Below, piece after piece: positions 38,701 through 50,700 of a stretch of 64,000 nt of DNA (the first letter of the stretch is position 1; every line of letters begins with the position of its first letter). The stretch is from Verrucomicrobiota bacterium (GTDB lineage: Bacteria > Verrucomicrobiota > Verrucomicrobiia > Limisphaerales > Palsa-1400). The position numbers and the translations under genes were made by a program. Where the stretch lies: NCBI GenBank assembly GCA_049510745.1, contig JBEKYR010000024.1:1-64000 (forward strand). Reading direction: 5' to 3'. Below the pieces are notes generated by a model. That model made no database searches. It was not told the origin of the DNA and worked only from the letters and a program-made list of their open reading frames with translations.

Positions 38701-41700
38701 CTGGTGGGAACCAATATCGTCACCGGCGTGTTAAGCATGAGCGGCGGCGATCTCTATGCGGGAGCCTTGACGCTGGCTCCCTATTCCACCTTGAATTGGG
38801 GCGGCGGCTACATCGAAATCCCCCTGACCGTGCCGGCCAACGCGGTCATGAATATAACCGGCTCCTCCTCCTACTATACCTACCTTTACAGTCCGCTCAG
38901 CAATGCCGGAACAGTCAATTGGACCGGAGGGGACATCTATCTGGAATCCAGCGTCGCGATCAACAATCTTCCCGGCGGCACGTTCAATTCCGAAGGCGGC
39001 TACGTGATGGGGTATTCGTCTTACTACGGCGGGTCTTTCATCAACGCCGGGTCCTTCATCCAAACCAACACTTCCGGCACGACTTATCTCGAACTGCCCT
39101 TCAACAACCTTGCCACCGTCAACGTGGCCAGCGGAACCCTGGCCTTTTACGACTACGGCAGCACGATCGGCGGCAATTATCAGGCCGGGCCGGGAGGCAC
39201 GATTGATTTTGGGAGCGGCGGCTATCTCACGGGCAACTACACGGCCCTGCCCGGCGGCACCATTAACCTGTCCGGCGGCGTGTTTAGCAACGCGCCCTCC
39301 ATGCTTTTGACGGGCGGCGGCGGCTACCAGCTCGACGGCGGCACCATCACCCTGGTCAGCAATGTGATTCCCAATCTTCAGTACACCTACGGCACTGTCA
39401 ACCTCTCCCCGTCTTTTCAAGGCGGCGCCATTACCAATCTGACCCTCAATGGGGCGAGCCTTTCCGGCGCCAACGTGGTGACCGGGACACTGACCATGAA
39501 CGGGGGCGATATTTCCGGGCCGCTCACCGTGGCCGGCAACGCGGTCTTGACCCTGACGGGGCCGAACACGGTTTACATTTACAGCGCGCTGACCAACGCG
39601 GGCACGATCGACTGGATGGGCGGCAGCATCTACCTCGATTCCACCAACGCCCTCTACAACTTTGAGGGCGCGCTCTTTAGCATTCAATGCGACCAATACC
39701 TCTACAGTTACGAGGTCTATAACTATTACACGGGAACCTACACTTACGCCCCATTCATTAATTACGGAACGATCACCAAGACCAATGCCACCGGCACCAC
39801 GTCTTTTGACGCGCCGCTGAACAACGCCGGAACGGTGAACGTGGACTCGGGTGTTATTAATCTCAACGAGGGCGGCGGTTTGACGGGCCTCTATTACACG
39901 GCGCAGGGGGCTGCCTTCAACCTCACCGGAGGGTCTTTCACCAACACTCTCGCCAACACGCTGTTCACCGGCCCAGGCTCCTACGCGATAACCGGGGGCA
40001 GCCTCTATCTGGCCGGCGACATGATAACAAACCTCCTCCTGGAGGGCGGCGATATCTATCTCCTGCCCGGCTTTCAAGGCGGCACGATTACGAACCTGAC
40101 CTTGAACGGAGCCATCCTCGAGGGGGCCAACACCGTCACCGGCGTTTTGAACATGACGGGTTACAGCGATTTCTACGGGCCGCTGACCCTGGCTCCAAAC
40201 TCCGTCTTCAACTATGGCGGCGGCTACTTCGAGTATCCGGTCACTATTTCCAACAATGCCGTCATGAATATCACCGGGCCGAATTACACGGAGTTCGAGG
40301 CGCCCTGCACCAACCAGGGGACGATCAACTGGACGGGGGGAACCATCTATCTTTATTCCTCCCTCTACAATCTGTCCAACGCCGTCTTTAGCATTCAGTG
40401 CGACCAGGACCTCTATGATTCGGGAACTATTTACAACGCCGGCCTGATCGTCAAGACGAATACGTTCGGCGCGACTTACGAGAACGGGTTCATTGCCAAT
40501 ACCGGCACGGTCGATGTCGAGAGCGGCCAGATGCTGTTCGGGGAATCCGATGGACTCATCGGGGGCACCTGGCAGGTGGGCATCAGCGGCCTCAACAGCT
40601 ACGGACAGTTTGTATTCGAGAATGCAGCCGTGCTCACCAACGTGCTCAATCTCAACCTGGAAAACGGCCTTTTGCTGGCCCCGGGCGATTCTTTTACGCC
40701 CGTCACTTACTACTCGGAAATCGGGGTTTTCTCGGCCGTCAATTTCCTCCCGCCGCAAGGCGCAAACACCACCGTGAATTACACCCCGACGAACCTGACC
40801 ATTGCGGTCAGCAGCGTGGTCGGTCCGGTCATCAGCATCAACAGCCCGACCAACTACCAGACCTTCTACGGTGAAGCCCCCATTCCCATCCAGGTTGCCG
40901 TGTCCGACGCGGACACCACCGTTCTGATGGTTCAATACTACCAGGGAAACACCTTCATCGGCTCCTCCGTTTCCGGTCCGGCGTTCCCCATCATGTGGTA
41001 CGGCGCTTCGGTGGGCCTTTACACGTTGACGGCTGTGGCGACCGACGCGGCGGGGGCCGTGACCACTTCCGCTCCCGTTCCCATCGTGGTCTATCCCTTT
41101 ACCGAGGGCAGGAATTATGTTTGGACAGGAAACAGTTCGGCCAATTGGTCCGATTCCGGCAACTGGTCTCCCGCAGGCGTCCCCGGCGCCGGGGATAACG
41201 CCTTTCTCAACAGCGGCGTCATCAACCTGAACGACGGTTTCAGCGTCAACAATGTCATCCTCAACGGCGGCGTTCTGGGCGGCACGGGATTCCTCACCGT
41301 CAATGGCGGATTGGTCTGGACGGGCGGCGTGCTCAACAGCGCCATCACCGTCGGCCCCGGGGCCACGCTCCAGATCGAGGGACTCAGCCCGCTGACCCTG
41401 TCCAACGCCACCCTGATCAATCTCGGAACGGCCTTTTGGATGCAAGGCGACATTCTGGCTGTCAATGGGGTCATTGCCAATGAGGGTTCCTGGACGGCGT
41501 CCGGCGGCAGCAATGTGACGTGCCTCGCCAGCTTCCTCAACAGCGGCTTGGTCGAGGCCACCAACGGCGCCACCCTGAATCTGAGCGGCGGCGGAACCCT
41601 GGACGGCTCGTTTACGGCGGCGGCGGGAGCGAACATTAACTTCAGCGACGGCAGTTTCGACTATGGCGCCAATCCCGTCTTCGGCGGAAATGGGGCGGTG

Positions 41701-44700
41701 AGCCTGACCGGCGGGGGTTTGACCCTGACCAACACCGTCAGCCCCAACCTGGCGCTGGCGGGGGGCAGTCTGTTCCTGGGACCGGCCTTCCAGAATGGAG
41801 GCGCCATCACCAACCTGACGCTCTCTGGTTCCGCGTTGTCCGGCAGCAACGTCGTCACAGGCGTGTTGAACCTCACCGGCGGCAGCATCTACGGCCAGTT
41901 GACCGTGACCGAAGGCGGGTCCCTCAATTTCTTCGGCCCGCAATACATGTACCTGGAATCTGCCACCCTGCTCAACTTCGGCCGGGTCAACTGGCTCGGC
42001 GGCGAAATCTACGGCGACTCCGACGCCATCACCAACAACAACCTGTGGCTCATCGAATCGGACAACGACCTCGACCTCTACCAGTCCACGTTTGTCAACA
42101 ACGGCACGGTCCAAAAACTGGATTCTGTCAACACGACTTACTTCTCCCTCGACGCCTTCGTCAACAACGGAACCGTCGATGCGGAATCGGGCCACATCAG
42201 CCTCAACGCTTCCGGCGCGCTGGCCGGCGCTTACCAGACGGGAAGCAGCGGGGAAATCGATTTCGCGGGCGCGAACATGACGCTGGCGCAGTTCCCGGCC
42301 TTCACCGGCAACGGATCGTTCGACCTGACCGGTGGCATGCTGACCATTCTCAGCAATGTGCCGCCGGGCTTCGCTCTGGCGGGCGGGACGGTGGCGCTGG
42401 GTCCGGGTTTTCAGGCCAACGGCGCCATCACCAACCTGACGCTGGCCGGCGCGACCCTGGCCGGCTCCTACACCGTCACGGGCGTCTTGAATTTCGCGGG
42501 CGGCGCCATGAGCGACTCTCTGACCATCGCCGCCGGCGCCACTCTCAACCTCATGGGGCCGAATGAATTTGATGTGATCTCGGGCGCGCTGACCAATCTC
42601 GGCACGGTGCAATGGTCCGGCGGCGATATCGGCATGGAGGACGGAACGGTGATCGTCAATGATTACCAGTGGGTGGCGCAATCCGACAATATGCTGGGCT
42701 ATTATTGTGATTGCATCACCAACGCGGCCTTCATCAACAACGGCGCGTTCCTTAAGCAGGGCACGACCGGATACACTGAAATTAAAGGCATCGCTTTTAA
42801 CAACGCGGGCACGGTGGACGCCGAAACTGGCACGATCGATTTTGAGGATGGCGGCCAGATCGCCGGAACCTACAACACGGCGGGCCAGGCGGCCGTTGAT
42901 TTCAGCAGCGGCGCTTACACCGCCGCCGCGCCCCCCGGCATCACCGGCGGCGGGACGGTGCAACTGGACGGCGGCAGTCTAGCGCTGATGCAGGATCAGA
43001 TTCCCGGCCTGCTGCTGGCCGGCGGCACGGTCACCCTCGGCCCGGCTTTTCAAAGCAACGGCGCCATCACCAACCTGACCATCCAGGGCGCCACCCTGGC
43101 CGGCAGCAACCTGGTCACCGGCACGCTCAATTTCGGTTACGGCAACATCGATGGGTGGCTGACCGTGGCCACCAATGGGACGATGGTCATCGGTTCAAAC
43201 TATCCGGAGTACTCCCTTTATTTGGAATCCGGCGCCTTGACCAACTTCGGCACCGTCCTTTGGTCGGGCGATTACATCGAAGGAGGCCTCACCACACTCT
43301 TCGTCAATAATGGATTGTGGCTGGCGCAGGGGGATAACGATTTGGAGTATTATTATTACAATACGTCCGCCTTCCTGAACAACGGCGTCTTTCGCAAACT
43401 GGGCGGCACCGGTTACACTTACGTTTCCATACCGTTTATTAACAACGGTCAAGTCGATGCCGAAACCGGCACGGTTTATTTCGACGATGGCGGCCAGATC
43501 GGGGGCAATTACATCAGCGCGCCGGGGACGGCCATTTATTTTGCCGGCGGCAGTTTTACCAACGCCACGCCGGCCGGCTTTGCCGGCCCCGGCGCCGTCG
43601 AATTATACGGGACTCTCACCCTGCTCTCGGATCAGATCCCCAGTCTGCCGCTCAACAACGGCACGCTCATCCTCGGCCCGGCTTTCCAAAACAACGGCGC
43701 CATCACCAATCTGACCTTGAGCGGCGCCGCTCTCCAAGGCTCCAACCTGGTGACGGGAACGTTGAACTGGACTGCGGGCTACCTGTCCAGTTCGCTCACG
43801 GTGGCGCCCGGCGGCGTTTTGAACATCTCCTCCACCGCCCAAAAAGAACTCTACATCAATTATTATAATTCATCCAGCCTGGTCAATTTCGGCACTGTCG
43901 TCTGGTCCGGTGGAGAATTGATCGGCACCGCGCAGACCGCCGTCACCAACAACGGCCTCTGGCTGGTTCAGACCGACAGCGACCTCTACTCCTATTCGCA
44001 GAACCTGATATTCGTCAACAACGGCACGTTCAGAAAGACAACCACCGCCGGCACGACCTACTTTTACTACGTTACTTTCATCAATTCCGGCACGCTGGAC
44101 GTTGAATCCGGCACCGTCAATTTCCCCTCCTATTCCGCTTACGAGCAGACCGTCGCCACTCTCAGCTTCGGCGCCTCCGCCCCCAGCCTCACCGGCCAGT
44201 TGACTCTTTCCAGCGTTGTGAACCTCGACGGCGCGCTGACGCTCAATCTCCTGAACGGTTACACGCCCGTCGCCGGCGACGTGTTGAAGCTGATCACCTA
44301 CCCGTCGGCCGCAGGCTCCTTTGCCAATTTCAACCTCCCGCCCCTGGGCGCCGGCTTGAACTGGCAAACCGAGGTCGGCTCCGCCGGCGTCCTCCTGCGC
44401 GTGGTGCGGTCCCTGGCCTCCGCCAATACTCTGGGCCTGAGCGGGACCGTCACCGACATCAATCATCAACCCATCGCCGGCGCCATCGTCTATGCCGCCA
44501 TTACTTCCGCCACCGCCACCAATTTGATTCAAAACGGAAGTTTTGAATCCCCGAACATTGGTTCCACTTATTTGACCTACGGCCCCGGCTCGACCAATAT
44601 CCCGGGCTGGACCGTGACCGGGTCGCCCGGCTCGGAGGTGGGCATCGCCGGTTATTATTGGGAGGACGTCCCGGCCGAGGATGGCAACCAGTACCTTGAC

Positions 44701-47700
44701 GTGACCGGCGACCGCGTGCCAGGCGGCGGCATCACGCAAACCTTTTCGACCATCGCCGGCGCCTCTTACGACCTGATCTTCTATCATGGCTCGTATAACC
44801 ATTACGGCATCAACAACGCGCTGGGCGTGACCATTGCCGGCAATTCCTATGCCTATGGCGAAACTTCAGCCGGCAACGGCAGCCTGGATTGGCGCCAGGT
44901 CGTCATTCCCTTCGTTGCCACATCCAATTTCACCACCCTGGCGTTCACCAACCTGACCGGCTTCTATTCCGAGGACAATTTCGTGGACAACGCGCAGGTG
45001 GTTCCGCCGGATTTCAACCGCGTGCTCCAGACGGTCACCGCCTCCGACGGCTCCTACCAAATCCCGCTGGCCAATGAAACCTTCCAAGTCGGTGTTTCCG
45101 GTCTGGCCGCCTTCGGCTACAATGACATCCCGGCCGGGCCGGTGGCGATGAACGGCACAAATCAAGTGACCAACTTCGTCGCTACTCCCTTGAGCTTGAC
45201 CAACACCGGGCCTTTCACCATCACCACCTCGGCCAGCCCGCCGGACGCGGGAACAACCGCCGGCGACGGAACAAATTACGCCAACGGCGCCTCGGTCACG
45301 GTGACCGCCACTGTGACCAATGCGGGTTTCGTGTTTTCCAGTTGGACGGAAAACGGCTACCCGTTTAGCACCAACGCCAGCTATACCTTCACCGCCACAC
45401 GGAACCGCGCCCTGGTCGCAAACTTCTCGCCGCTCTTCTCGATCTCCACCGCCGTCTATCCCTCCGGCGGGGGATCTGTTGTCGGCGGCGGCACTTACGC
45501 CAGCAACGCCTCCGTCACGGTTACTGCCACGCCCAATGCCGGCTTCGCCTTTACCAGTTGGACGGAAAACGGCGTCGTGCAAAGCACCAGCGCCAGCTAC
45601 ACCTTCACCGTCACAACCAACCGCACTCTGGTGGCTAACTTTTATACGCCCGTTGTCATCACGACTGCGGCCAGCCCGCCGGCCGGGGGAATAACCGGCG
45701 GCGGCGGCACTTACGCCAGCGGCGCCTCCGTCACGGTTACAGCCGCGGCCAACGCGGGTTTCGTCTTTATCAGTTGGACGGAAAACGGCGTCGTACAAAG
45801 CACCAGCGCCGGCTATACCTTCATCGCCACAAACAACCGCGCCCTGGTCGCGAACTTCTTGCCGTTCTACTCGATCTCCGCCTCCGCCAATCCACCCGGC
45901 GCGGGAACCATTGGCGGCGCCGGCACTTACGCCAGCAACGCCGCGGTCACGGTTACAGCCACGACCAATGCGGGTTTCTTCTTTGTCAGTTGGACGGAAA
46001 ACGGCGTCGTGCAAAGCACCGACGCCAGCTATGCCTTCACCGCCACGCGGAACCGCGCCCTGGTCGCAAACTTTTTGCCGCTTTATCCCGTTTTGCTCAA
46101 CATCTCCGCCAACCTCCCCAGCCCGGTCCCGGCGACGACCAATTTTGTTCTGCGCCTCCAGTTCGACCGGACGATGAACACCGCCGTCGCGCCGACCGTC
46201 TTGTTGACCAATGCCGCCGCGGGCGCCTCGCAGCCGGTCGTGGCCGCCAACGGCTCCTGGAGCACTGTCTCCAGTTCCAACGACACCTATTCGACGCCCC
46301 CGATCACCATTGCCTCGAACATGGATGGCACCGTGCAGGTGTGGGTCTCCGGAGCGACCGATTACCGGGGCGACCAAATGGTGCTCACCAACCCCACCAG
46401 CTTCATCGTGCGCATCTCCCCGCCTGTCGTGGCCATTTCCGCGCCAGCCAATGGTTTCTCCTGCACAACGACCGACACCTTCAATTTCACCGCCGGCGCC
46501 AGTTCCGGCTTTGGCATCGCCAGTTTGAGTCTCTATGCCAATGGGACCAACCTGGCGGGAACCACCGGCCCCACCAACTTCACTGCGACCGTAAGCGATC
46601 TCGCCGCCGGCAGCTATCGCCTGACCGCTGTGGCGGTGGACAACCGCGGGTTGGCCAGCACTTCAAGAGTGACCCACATCACCGTCAACATCCCGGGAAC
46701 CTATTTGATCGACTTCGAGGGCGTGGACGCTTCCACCAACGCCGTTTCGGGCGATCTGCTGGCCAATTACCTGTCCGGCTATGGCATCACGCTGGCCAAT
46801 GTCACCAGCAATACGACCGTGGCCGTGCAGAATGACATGAACATCGCGCGCGGAAACCTGACCGTGGCCCAATCCGGCGATAACCTGCTGACCCAGAGCG
46901 GCGCCAACGGGTTGGTTTCCTACACGTTGGTCTTCAACCAGCCCTATAAGAGCATCAGTTGGTGGCGCACCGAGCTGCTGGCCGGCCCCGGCATCGCCAC
47001 GCCGGCCTGGCAGGCCACCGCCTACGACGCCAACAGCAACCAAGTCGGCCTGGTCCGCGAGCAGCAGGTCTTCAGTTCGGTCAATCTGCCGGCCAAACAA
47101 TTCTCCCTCTCCGCTCCAGCCATCATGTCGGTGACATTTACCGGCAACAACAGCATCGGCTCGTTCGATAACCTGCCGCTGGATGACTTGCTGCTTTCGA
47201 TTTTCCCCAGCAACGCCATCAGTGTCAGCCTCAGCGCCAACAACACCAGTCTCTCCGCGCCAGGCCAGGTGACTTTGACCGCGCAAGCCTCCGAAGTGAA
47301 CGCTTCGATCAGCGAAATCGACTTCTACGAAGGCCAAAACCTGATTGGCGGCGCCTTTGGCTCTCCTGCCGCGCTGGCCTTGCAGAACCTGGCCCCGGGG
47401 ACTTATTCCTTCACCGCCGTCGCCACCGACAACAACGGGGCCGTGCGCAGTTCCACCCCGGTCACGGTCACCGTCAACACTAGCTCCGGCGTCAGCGTCA
47501 TCAACTTCGATTCGCTGGACACTTCGTCCGGCGCGGTCGGCGGGGCGGACTTGTCCAACTATCTGGCCGGCTTCGGCCTCACGCTCACCAACGTCACCCA
47601 GGGCACGCGCCTGGAAGCCGACAAGGGCAACGATCTCTCCCGCGGCGCCCTGGCTGATCCGTCTTCGCCGCTCAACCTCTTCACGCAAGTCGGCCTGAGC

Positions 47701-50700
47701 CAGCCCGCTCCGGTCACGTTCACCCTGGCGTTTGCCAACCCGGTGCAAAGCTTCGGATTTACCCGCGTTGGGCTGACGCCCGGCAGCAGCCTGGCCCTGC
47801 ATCCCGCCTGGACGGCGCACGCCTTCGACGCCTCGGGCACGGAGTTGGAGTCGGTCAGCGAACCGTTGATCCCGGTGACTTCGGCCGCCATTCCGGCCCG
47901 GGTGTTCCAGTTGGCCGGCGCCAATATCACTTCCGTGCGGTTTGATTCCGACCCCCAGGGGTCGGCGTCCTTTGCCGCGGTGCTGCTGGACGATCTTGTG
48001 CTTGAAACCAATGCCGCCTCCAATGCGCTCTCCATCACCCTCTCCGCTCCGGGCAACCTGACCGCGCCTGCCAACTTCCCGTTGACCGCCAGTGTCCAAC
48101 CTGCCAATGGGAGTGTGGACCACGTGAATTTCTATCTGGGGCCGGCGTTGTTGAGCGTCGCGTCGAGCAGCCCTTACAGCGCCGTGTATTCCAACGCGCT
48201 GCCCGGATCCTACACCTTCACCGCGCAAGTGGTGGACACCAACGGTTATGCCAAGTTTTCCGCTCCGGTCCAGGTGACCGTCGCCGTCGGGGCCAATTCG
48301 ACCAACCTCAACTTTGACTCGCTCTCCGCCCCGGCGACCGGCGCGGCCCTCACTTCGTATTTCGCCGCCTATGGCATCACCGTGACCAACCTCAGCCCCG
48401 ACACCACCCTGTCGGTCTTGAGCCAGGCCGCCCTTTACGGCGGCGGTTTGGCGCCGCCCACCAATGTCCTGACGCAAACCGGCTCCAACGGACCGGTCAG
48501 TTTCACCCTGCTCTTTTCGAACTTGTTGACTCAGTTCTCCTTCACCCGTCCGCAATTGACGGCCAATCCGTCTGTCAGTCATCCGGCCTGGCAGGTGCAG
48601 GCCTTTGATGCCCTGGGCGTCCCGCTGGCGCAGGCGCAGGAGGGGCTGATCTCCAGTTCCACCAACGTCCCGGCGGCCACGTTCACGCTGCAAAGCTCCA
48701 ACGGCATTGCCGGCATTGCCTTCGAGTCGGAAGGCAACGGCTTTGCCACCTTCAATGCCATGCTCCTGGAGAATTTCACCTTGACTGTCAGCCCGGTCAG
48801 TTTCCCGCCCTCCGTCCTCCTGACCAACCCCTTGCCCGGTCAGGTCTATGCCGAGCCCGGGGTGATTCCGCTCGCGGCCAGCGCGGTCGATCCCGGCGCC
48901 ACGATCGCCGGCGTCAGCTTCTACGCCAACGCCTCCAACATCGGCTCCGCTTCCTCCAGCCCGTACTCGATCTCCTGGACCAATTCGGCCACCGGCCCGT
49001 TCGCCCTGACCGCCGTCGCCGCCAATAACTTCGGTTTGAGCCGTTCCTCGCCGCCTGTCAACATCAGCGTCGTCCCGGCGGCGGGCGTCTTTGGCATTTC
49101 CGGGCAACCGATCGGCCAGACGGTCGCGCTGGGCGGCAGCATGGTCTTTGATGTCGCCGCCTCCGGCTCCAACCTCACCTATCAGTGGAACCAGAACAAC
49201 CTGCCCTTGCCCAACCAGTCCTCCAATGTCCTGGTCATCGCCCAGGTGGGCGACGACGACGCCGGCAATTACACGGTGACGGTCGCCAGCGGCGGCCAAT
49301 CGATCACCAGCCAGGTCGCCGTCTTGACCGTGTTGAATCCGCCGGGCATCACCGCCCAGCCGCAGTCGGTTTTTGCCACGATCGGCGGCACGGTGACGTT
49401 GTCGGTCGGCGCCAGCGGTGCGGAACCTTTTAGTTATCAATGGACCCTCAATGGCACCGGCATCGCCGGCGCGACCAATTCCACCTACGTCATCACCAAT
49501 GCGCAGCCGTTGAGCTCGGGCAATTACTACGCCATCGTCGCCAATTCCGTCGGGCTTACCAACAGCGCCCTCGCCACGGTCGTCGTCACCAATGTCGGCG
49601 GCTATCAGTCCGCCGATAATTTCTCCAACCGCATCAGCATCAATCCGCTGGTCAGCCCGGTCATCGGCAACAACCTCAACGCCACCCGCGAGCCGGGCGA
49701 ACCGCTGCACGACGGCAAACCGGGCGGCAAATCCATCTGGTACACCTGGCACGCCAGCTTCACCGGCGTGGTTTCCCTCACGACCCTGGGCAGCACCTTT
49801 GACACCTTGCTCGCCGTCTATACGGGAACCAACGTCGCCAATCTGACCCTCGTCGCCGCCGACGATGATTCCGGCGGTTTCTTCACCAGCTTGGTCACCT
49901 TCAACTGCGTCGCGGGCACAGATTACCAGATTGCGGTGGACGGTTTCCAGGGCGCCGCCGGCACGGTCGTGCTCGGCCTGCCCGCGGGCACGGGCTATCG
50001 CGTCTTGAATCCGGCTTCCGGCGATGCGGTTCCTTCTATCACGCAACAACCCACCAACCAGGTCGTGCCGGCGGGTTCCACCGTCACCTTGAGTGTTTCC
50101 GCCTCCAGCGTGTCGCCCCTGACTTACCAATGGTCTTTCCAGAACATGCCGGTGGCCGGGGCCAGCAACAGTCAGTTCGTCATTTCAAACTTCCTCTCCG
50201 CCTCCGTCGGCAACTATTCGGTGCTGGTGGCCAACAACGTCGGTTCCGTCCCCAGCGCCATCGCCAATATCCAGGTCATCGTGACCAACAACACCGGCAC
50301 GCCCTCCGGCAGCGCGCAGGACAAGTTTGGCGACGCGGTTGATTTGTCCCAGAGCGCCGGCACCGATTCGGTCGGACGGCGCGAAGACAGCGGGGGCGAC
50401 GTGCGCGGCTTCAGCGTTTCGCAGACCTTCAGCACCGTCGGAGCAACCAAAGAGGCGGCCGAACCCAACCCCGCCGGCCAGTCCGGCGGCGCGTCGGAAT
50501 GGTACATCTACACCACGCAGGAGGCCGGCACGCTCCATCTGGATACTAGCGGCAGCGCCTTTAACACCATCCTGGCCGCTTATACCAATTCCGGCTCCGG
50601 CGCCCCCACCTTCGCCACCCTGGTCGAAGTCGTCAGCGGCTTTACCACCAATTACCAGAAGGATGGCCAGCCCAGCCTCGACATACCGAACGTTCCGGCG